From Tubulanus polymorphus (taxonomy: Eukaryota; Animalia; Nemertea), in contig NC_134029.1 of NCBI RefSeq assembly GCF_964204645.1, positions 24,580,434-24,644,433 of the forward strand: a DNA stretch of 64,000 bases, in the 5' to 3' direction. The notes beneath the pieces were generated by a model. That model was not told where the DNA came from. It did no database searches and worked only from the letters and a program-made list of their open reading frames with translations. Below, in pieces: positions 54,178-64,000 of this stretch. The translations under genes were made by a program, and so were the position numbers. How positions within the stretch are numbered: the first letter of the stretch is position 1; each line of letters starts with the position of its first letter.

Positions 54178-57100
54178 AAGCTCACGTCTCTTGACTCTTG
54201 AAGAGTATTAAGTGTTTTACACGTGTAAATTGATATATACTTTTAAACGCATTAAAAGTTGAGAGTTTGAGAGTTTATGAAGAATCATGGTTTAACATCT
54301 GAATATAGTTTCTGAGTTTTACGTGACAGAAATATTGAATATGATGGCGTTTGATTGAAGCGTTATCCACACGTACGTGGCACTGTGTCAAACCTCTTAC
54401 CAGCTAGTGAGACGGGGGGGGGGCGTCTTCCGCACCTCTCGTTACCTTTCTGAACCTTGTTCGTGTTCATTCTTCCCTAATAGTGGCCCAGCACACGAGT
54501 GCCAGTAACTAACACTACATCGTGATTTACACGACGCTTTTAGAAATGCAGCGAAAATATGTATTATCTCTTATTGCGTCTAAACGGGTAAAAAGTCGAT
54601 TTAAGCAACGACAGATGATTAAAGCGGTTTTACTTGTGTCGTAATCACGATTACACAATCACATTCTTGACACTATTTTTTTACCTCATTTTTTGCTAAT
54701 CTTCACTCGGTTTCAACTCGTTTCTCGTATTTCGGTCGAGACTGGATCAATTCCACTGAAACAACACTTCAATTCTAACACGAATAAATGCCAAAACAAC
54801 ACCGAAAGAAGTCTCGTCATAGAGACGCGTGTTTTTGGTGTAGGTTGGGACAATAGCACTTTACCTGGTTTTTAATCAAAGGTCCAACGTTTTTCTAAGC
54901 GTCAATGGATTCTATAAGTTTTTCTGAATTAATGAATATCGTGAAGAGTTGACGCTTGTTTGACCACTCTCTCTTTATCTGTGTCTGGTTGTAAACCAGT
55001 GAATGTTCGCGCCTCGCGCCTTCTATAAAAAATGCAAACAACGCTGATGTTTTTGTAAGTGTCAAACTCGCAGCTGAAAGTGATATCCGTAAAAAACCTA
55101 ATGATCAGCGTTTTTAGTGTGGATATTGGGGGGAAAGCAGCCGCTGAAGTGAACGTTTGGCCACTCTAAATACAGCGGGACCTCATTGACATGTTAGACG
55201 CAGTTTGAATACCCCTTGATGCTCATGGCTTTGAGGTTTTCAATTGAATTTCTAACAAACACAAGCACCATCTCTGTCCGGGCCTGTCAATTACATAGAA
55301 TAATATTATCACGAGTATGTATTGTTAACCTTACTGCGTGAGCTGTCGAGTAGGAATCTTCAATAGTATATACCCGTGCATAAAACATCAACGCGATCCG
55401 TATCGGGGGAGAGGGAGAGGGGGGAGAGGAGGAGAGGGAGAGGGAGAGTGGGAGTGAGAGAGGAGGAGAGGGGAGAGGGAGAGAGAGGGAGAGGGGACAG
55501 GGGAGGGGGTGGGGAGGGGGAGAGGGGAGAGAGGGAGAGGGGAGAGCATACCTCCATAGAAATAACCATCATATCAACATTCAACTCAATGGGTTTTAAG
55601 TTTAACCGTTTTGTGTTTGCGCGCAGTTTTTGGACGGATCACTGTTATCTGTTATCTGTTATCTATTATTGTTGAGTTTTGATAATGCGTTTGCGAGCTT
55701 TTCATTTAAAACCTTTACCGGTAAAATGAGTGTTCACTATACTGAGATGTCCCCCGAGCGGTGTTTTATACTGAGATAGCCCCTGTGACTTATGCAAAAA
55801 AATGCACAAACCGCGTTTGAAACTATGGACGATTAGTGCAGTTTTAGGAACACTCGAATTTCTGTTCATTTTCACAAGCATTTTGAATATTTTCTAACTG
55901 AATAATGCATTATTCGGCAGTATTTACCACTATTCCATACGAACACTTCATATACAGTAAAATTAACTATTATGAAGTTTATAGTTTCAGTTATATATTA
56001 TATATGTACATGTGCTGAATCTATCGCTCAGGGGACCAGTTATCCAGTTATCCAGTTATCCAGCTGCCCAGTCATGACCCAGATAACTAAGAACAGTCTT
56101 AGACCATCTTAATATAGCTAATCTAACGATTAAGAGAAGTCTGAAGGTTTATGACCGCAAGACTTAAGTCACCACTGCGCAACACCGACTCCTAAAGTCT
56201 AAATCTAGCTGCGATTATTATTATTATTATTATTATTAATTTGCATTTAATCTTGTTATAATCTACAGGAAACAAAGATAATAATAAGATGATAATGATA
56301 ACTACAATGATAATGATCATTGTTATTATTTTAGTATAAATGAACTTGTAGAAATATATTATTACTAGATTTCGGTCAGGGTTATAGATAAAATCGGTCA
56401 TAGAAAAAAAATACGTTCAATTTCAAACCAGACGAGAATTATGTTGTTGTTATGATGTATTGAAGTTTTCAAAAAAAGCTTCACCAAAAGTTCGACTTCG
56501 ACGACCTTAAAGTACAACTGGTTGCGACAAGGATGTGCGCACTCGCTTTATTACATATAGATTCCAAACTGACACTTTTGAAATTGGGCTGTGAATGAAT
56601 AGCGAGTTGGCGCTTCTGGAGATGTGTGAAAATCGTTATTCAATTTTTAAATTATGCATATAAATAGATAAAGCTGAATACTTGAATCATAGAGCTAGGA
56701 CAAACATCGATTAAAGATACAGGATTTCAAGTGAGGACTAGGAGAGAAGTGAGGTCTCTTCATCACTATTCACGGGACAGTAAGTGCCGGTCTTACATGC
56801 ACTATCGGTCTATCTATATTATATACTCGTCGCGTGTTCAAGTGGACCCGAACCCTCAACATCGCGCGCTTACGGCGTGCGAACCAGCCAGATAGCTTTG
56901 TGTTAATTGAAAAATCAAGAAAGAAAAAGAAAATTGAAAAAGGACAGTGTTAAATAGAGAGATGAGTGGAGATAGGGCAGATGTGGCGGGATAACATCGA
57001 CCACTTTTTGCGTTTAAAGATGGTCATTTACCGTTATAAGGGTTTCAACAAAACGTTTGTGATGTTTTAAAATTGAAGGTATCTATTGGACGCTATTCCG

Positions 57101-59288
57101 GGTCTATCCATCGCCCGTGGACCGAGCCAATTGAGTCATCTATAACTGTCTGTTAAGGGTACTCCCTTCTTCTCTGAAGCCGCGTGTTTTAAATTTCAAA
57201 GTTTATATCTACGATGAGGTATTATCCTATCCTCGAACGGGACGCACTGAATATAAACGTTTTAAAAGACACTTCTTCAGACATTTGATGAATTCGATTA
57301 AGTTCGTTTTACTTTGAAATTAATGAAGACGTGATTTTGATGAAGGGGACACTTTTCAAGTCATCATCAAGACATCTTACTCGTGAGGGGCTGAGGAGTT
57401 GAGGAGTTGGTGCTTATAAACCAAGTACTCATATATTTTCACTTGCAGTCGTCGTGTATACGTATCTTATACCGATATTCAAATATGACGGTCATCTAAA
57501 AGTGAAATGATAAACAGTGAAAATTGAACACAATCATAGCGCTGTATACTGGCGTCATCTAGTGACGGGGAAACGAGTTAATAATGAGACCTTCGTTGCC
57601 TCCACGACGCGCCATACACTAGTGATCCCTACATTTCAAACCACAAATCTACAAATCAGTTTTCATTTGTGTGTAGATGATAGAGAGAGAGAGTCAGTGA
57701 CCAGTCAATCATACCGAGTCCAGAACGCACAGTTCAGACTTAAGGCCAAACGTGGTCTTAAATCATAAGACTGGGGTGTTATGTAAGTAGTGAGATTGGT
57801 TCGTTTAGAACCTAACTAAAGCTAACCAGAATGGTCTTTATACGTCGGTAGATTAACCGAAATGAGCTTAGACTGTTGTTAGATCCTGACTGATCACTGC
57901 GGGCCTCGTCAGCTGGGGGATTCCAGCCCAGCTGCCTCATACACTGGTCCCGTACTCGACGCACATTGAGATCAACTCATTAGATTGTTTTTCTCTTAAG
58001 CTTCAATGTGTGTTTTCATTTAGAATATATCAGCTCAGTTTACGACGGTTCGGTTTTATTCGGTGTTCGGTAAAATGTCATGATTTTGATAAATGTTTTT
58101 AATTGATCCGCGGTGCGGTGCATTGCAGTGCTGTGCGGTGCGGTGTTGTGCGGTTCACTTACAGTGATTGCGCAGTTGTTGAAGCAGTAGTTGATATAGT
58201 TTAATCCAGTCTGTCACCCCTCAAACACAATACTACCTCGACATTCCATTCACTGTTAAAAAGCTATAGTTAACCCAACAGACCTTTTATAGACAGTACG
58301 TGCCCCAGACACCGGGCAAGCAGCTGTCTCTCTAACCGACCTACATCAACAACAAATGTGTCATTTCATAATATAGATCAGTGAAGAACATTCGATTTGA
58401 AGGAGAAATGAACAATACTTACATATTTTGAGCCTTAGTTTTTAGACATCTTAAGATTTTAAAGTTATGTGGACTAAGTCGTCGTAACTGCTATACCATC
58501 CCCACTGCACCTGGGCGCATCTCGGGCGGATGCTATACCCACCACACTGCCCTGAGTAATAGGATGCAGCTACTGGAGTTGGAGTATGCTTTTTGATTTT
58601 GTCAGTCTCTGCGCGAGTTGGTGTTTTGGGGGTTTCAGTGCTGTTGTAGAGTGCCCCCCTCCTAGTCTCTGGAATACGGCGGATGGTATGACAGTAAACA
58701 CAGTGTCTGTTATAATTAACCCCATACATCATCAAACTGATATTGATGCGATGTGATATTATGACCAGGTCTCATCTCATTCAATTCGGTGTTAATCCGT
58801 TAAATGGCCTATTGCCAGTAATTGGATCACACCCTCGTCCAATCCAGGATTATCGTGCACACGTTATTTATGATTATCAATATCTCAGTATAATCTCACG
58901 GGTATCTATCATCTCGATATCTTTTCTATTTGAGAATATCGTTTTAAAAAGTCCCCTCTCTCTCAGTCAGTTTATAAAGATAAGAAGTCACTGTATTATC
59001 TCAATTCTTAGTTCTCAGTTGATGTCAGTTTTTATGCGCAGGTAGTTTGTTTATTTTGTCATATTTCTCATGTTTATTCTGTGGTTATTTGATAGCTGTT
59101 TTAAGAGTCGAAGTTACGTCATGTTTTGTAAACAGTGATACATAGTTTTAGTGTTAGATTGCGAGCTCCCCACCACCCCCTCCCCCTCCCCCTCTCCTCC
59201 CAATGCTCTCTTAGTTCTATTGATCAGGGCCCAGTTCCACAACTCGTTTTGACTCTAAGATCTAAGAACAGAACGGTGACGTTTTACG

Positions 59289-59552
59289 CTGGGAATGGTG
59301 ACGTATAACACTGGGAATGCTGACGTATAACACTGGGAATGCTTACGTATAACACTGGGAATGGTGACGTATAACACTGGGAATGCTTACGTATAACACT
59401 GGGAATGGTGACGTATAACACTGGGAATGCTTACGTATAACACTGGGAATGCTGACGTATAACACTGGGAATGCTGACGTATAACACTGGGAATGCTGAA
59501 GTATAACACTGGGAATGCTGACGTATAACACTGGGAATGCTGACGTATAACA
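59289..59552. repeat. 22-bp minisatellite x12 (CTGGGAATGCTGACGTATAACA)
   Basis: Twelve tandem units with GCTG/GGTG/GCTT variants. Confidence 0.97.
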
Positions 59553-59811
59553 CATGAAACTGGCGCATTAGGCAAGACCCTAGCCTGATCGGGGGGGGGG
59601 GGGGCTGCACGACAGGGGGTGACTTCAGTGTAACCGGTGATGCGGTAACTATTACGACATCTGTTTAGTTTAGTTTCTATAGTTATGTGTTGATAAGTTG
59701 CATACAGTGTCGACTGCACTCGATGATAACATATCAAAAACTCACAACTGAAGAAAAACGAAAATATTATGTTTAGCGTAACGTCGAGGTTTATTAACCT
59801 TTAACCGTCGG

Positions 59812-59915
59812 GGCAGCGGCGGCGGCAGCGGCAGCGGCAGCAGCAGCGGCAGAAGCAGCGGCAGCAGCAGCGGCAGAAGCAGCGGCAGCAGCAGCGGCAG
59901 CAGCAGCGGCAGCAA
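59812..59915. repeat. (GCA/GCG)n mixed triplet repeat
   Basis: Read directly. Confidence 0.9.
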
Positions 59916-60027
59916 GCAGAGAGACGGCGAGTTTACTGGAATCCGCTCCAGAATTCTTTATCTCGATATGTAATAACAATTTAATCTAACCCAGCTCTCT
60001 CCCTCCCCCCATCTCTCCCTCCCCCCA

Positions 60028-60064
<37 letters not shown>

Positions 60065-62134
60065 ACTACACCTCTACCTGTTGGCAGAAATTATTTCTCT
60101 TTCAAATCGTCGTCGTTAAAAATGAAATCGTGGTGGAAAATGATGGGAATGTTTGTAGAGACTGTGACGTTGTTTTTATCGAGAAGATGACATCAAACAC
60201 TTTCATTTCTGGTTAAGTCGTGTATTTATCAATTGTCTGAAACCCGTGTAAAAAAACCCATAGATTCTAAAACTCCTGGGGTCCGAAAACTGGATTGGAC
60301 TGAAAGTTCTCCGTTCTCTCTCGCGGAGGTTCTGTTTTAAGAAGCACCTGCCCTAATGATAAACAGGAAACTTTTGTTAAAACAGCCTCACATTTCTATC
60401 ACAGTTTACAGCAGCAGCAGCAACAGAACCCCCTCAACTCTCCATCTATCTACCCCGACAAATGTTCCATTTCTTCAAAACAGTAACCTCAGTTCATAAA
60501 ACTGAAATGAAAACTTACCGATCTTCCAACCGATACTGATTCTAGAAATAATTTGAGTTTATTTGAAGTGAATACTGCAGTGCACTCTTCCTGAGTGAGA
60601 GATCAATGATTCTGAATTCAGTGATAATTCATGTTAGTCGATGGATTCTATGAATGTTAGTGTTAACTCGCTATTCGAGTTTAGAGTCGGAACTACTGTA
60701 AAAACTTTAGATTTTTCTTTACTATAATTGAAAGAGTTTTTTTTTCTGTGATGAGAAGTTAATCGTTTTAGGCGCAGGTGAGATGTCAGTAGATAGTTTA
60801 AGAAAGGATATACTTGAATATTTTGTTTATTTCGATCACTCTCTGCCCTCTCCCCTCTCTCTCTCCTCTCTCTCTCTCTCTCCTCTCACTCAGGACAGAG
60901 AGAGAGAGAGAGTGACACCTGTTCTTCAGTAGAAGGGTATTTTTTGTTTTATATAATGGGCCAAGGTTCTGTTAAGCCGTGTCAGAATAATCGGTTTTTC
61001 ACGTGTGTTAAAACAGACAACTCTAACCCCAGTAATCCATTGATCATCGCCCGACTCTCCCTCTCTCCCCCTCTCTCCCCTCCCCGACAGAGGGAAATTC
61101 TTCCACCAAAAATGCATTTCTAGTCAATTCCAAATGCGTTATGGAAATAGCCCGAACCACCACGGCTCCTCCGGTCAGGGGTTTGGGGTGACCAGTCACG
61201 TGTAGTGACTGACTGATCCTCCAGGGGTGTTACCCACAGGCCTGTCCCAGGTCCTCTCTCTCGGGATAGGGAGGAAAAGCAGTTTTCTGTTCAATGTTAA
61301 CCTCTTCAGTGGTGAATTAGGCAAACAGATTCTGTCTCCACAATTGCACTAATTACGATGTAGTCTAATTAATCATGCCACCACACACACTGGCCCTAAC
61401 CGAGTTACACACACACACACACACAGTATTAACAGTGAATTCCATCATATTTATTTGCATAAAATGAATTATACCAATTAATGTTGATATTAGTAGGAGT
61501 GTTGCCCGGGTTATTAATTCGGGCAATTGAAGTCCAGTGAAGGGTTGCGATATTACATCATATTCGCCGTTCTTCAAGTAGCTGCAGTTCATTTCATCTT
61601 CTGTATCTCTTGCGTCCTCTCTCGTCAGTTATTCATCACTTGTTACCGCGCGGTCTATCGACCAATTCCCGGTCACGAGCCACCGAGTTAAAGCCTCGAA
61701 CCTCTTAAAATCTGATGAGGAATTCTCTCTCTCTCTCCCTCACTCTATCTGGTATAGTTTGTATGTATATTGCGCGAGTGGTTTGTGTGTCGCTGTATAT
61801 ACTCGACACTGCGACAGGGTTTTCATCGCTCAATGAACCCTGAATAATAAATAACTCTTAACCCGCTATACTATCATCATCTTCATCATCATCTTCATCT
61901 TATAGCTTCGAATATTCTGTTCTATCCTTATTGGAACTTCTCCGTTAATCATGTAGTAATTCGCAACGGCCTGGTCGGACATTTTTGGTCGGGCTAGATT
62001 TAGCCCGGGCCAAACAGACATGGGCCCATTTGACACCAGTGTGAGGTTCAGGCCAAATTTGGCTATAATGCCATCAATGAATCACGTGTTGGTACTCTGT
62101 ATCTGTTCAGCAGTTTGGCTATGACTCCAGTCAG

Positions 62135-62270
62135 TCTCCTCTCTCCTCTCTCCTCTCTCCTCTCTCCTCTCTCCTCTCTCCTCTCTCCTCTCTCCTCTCT
62201 CCTCTCTCCTCTCTCCTCTCCTCCTCTCTCCTCCTCTCTACTCTCTCCTCTCTCCTCTCCTCTCTTCTCT
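62135..62270. repeat. (CTCTCCT)n heptamer repeat
   Basis: Read directly. Confidence 0.92.
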
Positions 62271-63257
62271 CTGCTCGGTCCATGCGTTTATATTGCACAA
62301 ATCGTTCATAATGATTAGAAACGACGCGACAAGCGAGACACAAAATATAACATTGAACAGGTTTAAATTGATTGATAACCTTTAAACTAATAAACACTAA
62401 TCATTTCTGACAGATATTACAAACTATAGCTTTCATAATGGAAGTCATTGCCAGTCATCGGGCGTTTTCTTATTCTTAATTCCTATTCATCATCAACCCC
62501 TGAAATCATGGCGGCGGCGGCGGCCAGATTGATGAGTTTTCATCACAGTTTTCCGATGTAAAAGGTTCAAGGATTTCGTGGAGCTTTTGTTTTTAAACAT
62601 ATCGTGACAACTCTAATTGAATGATTTGTGCGATTGATCGCATGTTCACTAGAAATCTATTTCATTTCTCGTTTCAGACGCCGTGTCGTTAGTTTTAGAT
62701 ATTTTAATGGTTTTTTAAACTCATGAATATTCGCGTTTATTTCTTATTGAGGTTCTTGACTTAATAAACAATTAGTGAACTGAATGAATTGGCGAGTTCA
62801 CTTTTAGTTTTTTGTCGTATGAAGCGAGATGTCACTGGCTGCAAGATGACGCCATGCATTTGCAATTCAGATGCTCTTTCTCAAGTTCCCGAGAAAGCAT
62901 CAAGGGCTAATTTCAGCCTGCTGCACAGTAAATAGAATTCTTGCCCAACATTTTGTCATTTGAATTAATTTTTAAACTAATGGTGGCTGATTCCAGGGTA
63001 TCTCTGTATAAGTGTCAGTCTACGCTTTGTCGGTTCTACACAGAATATTCTATTTAAAATCTGTCTGTACCGAGTTTCAGAAAAATAGTCTCGAGAAATC
63101 AACGTTAACTGAGGGAGTGAGATGGGGGGGTCTCAGGAGGGGGGGGGGGTTTGTTGAGATGGAGGAGTTTTCGATAGTTTTATGCATGAGATGAAGTGTG
63201 ATGCTATATTTGATAACAAAATTTGATGTTAGTTGCAAGTGTAGTGTTTTAGTCGTG

Positions 63258-63400
63258 TATAGCAGTAGTAGTAGTAGCTAGTAGTAGCGAGTAGTGGCTA
63301 GTTGTAGCGGCTAGTAGTATATAGTAGTAGCGGGTAGTATATAGTAGTAGCGAGTAGTATTAGCTAGTAGTATATAGTAGTAGTAGTATAGTAGTGTAGT
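63258..63400. repeat. Degenerate (TAG)n repeat
   Basis: Read directly. Confidence 0.85.
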
Positions 63401-63765
63401 AAACCACAGCGGCGTGTAAAGGTTAATATGTATTTAGACTGACTGGTAACCCCACCACCCCCTGCCTGCTGCGGCTGCTGCTGCTGCTGGATGGATGGCC
63501 GCTGGATGGTTTTTTTTCGATACATTCGCAACTATCAATTACAGGTTGAGAATCAGTATTAACTGGAGTTGCTCTCCGCATTCCCGGCCGCACGACGTGT
63601 TATCATTGCGCACTATACAGTCTGAAGCGAGGGTTTCATAGGGATTTGTTTTGGTTTTGTTTGTAGCTGTTCTCCGCGTCCGATAACTAGTGCACTTAAT
63701 GCGTCATGAAAATCAGTAAATCCAATTCTTTTTTTAAAAATTATCGTCGCTTGGTTATAATCATC

Positions 63766-63838
63766 GGAGTCCCAGTTGTGAGTCACAGTTGTGGAGTCCC
63801 AGTTGTGAGTCACAGTTGTGGAGTCTCAGTTGTGGAGT
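63766..63838. repeat. 27-bp tandem repeat x~2.7 (GGAGTCCCAGTTGTGAGTCACAGTTGT)
   Basis: Read directly. Confidence 0.85.
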
Positions 63839-64000
63839 CTTTACTGAAGTCCAAAAGTGGTGTCTTAAATCCTAAGTCTTTAGTAAGTTGTTAGATTGGC
63901 TTTAGAACAAACGCGTGGTTGGTGAGATACGATAGCAAAACTGCAAATTTAATAGGTTGAAAAATTTGAATAAATTTTAAAAAAATTCGTGTAAAAAAAG

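Noticed and set aside
32456-59552. Regular 22-47-bp arrays resembling CRISPR
   Set aside because: Units are head-to-tail with no unique spacers, there are no cas genes, and the context is eukaryotic.

Overview
AT-rich, CpG-undepleted metazoan genomic DNA, probably a non-arthropod invertebrate (inference from composition, GT-AG introns and TTAGGG motifs). The only protein-coding gene I can support is missed almost entirely by the ORF track: five short + strand exons (22175-22217, 35853-36060, 40462-40571, 43198-43328, 45760/45763-45900). They splice phase-consistently into about 210 codons encoding four consecutive RCC1/BLIP-II repeats; I could not find the gene's 5' or 3' end in the window. 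Its 13.6-kb intron holds three intact antisense tRNA-Pro genes (TGG, CGG, TGG). The rest is repeats. (i) A Penelope-like (PLE) derived family whose consensus folds into a minimal type I hammerhead ribozyme and often occurs as divergent inverted pairs. (ii) A composite element with an internal tRNA-like Pol III promoter fused to TTAGGG repeats, whose 5' part has seeded tandem arrays. (iii) Harbinger-like MITEs. (iv) Many mini- and microsatellites. (v) A (TA)n-embedded foldback triplication at the window start. Nearly all listed ORFs are spurious. I see no CRISPR array or prokaryote-type system; the hammerhead elements and the tRNA/telomere composite are the most interesting signals.
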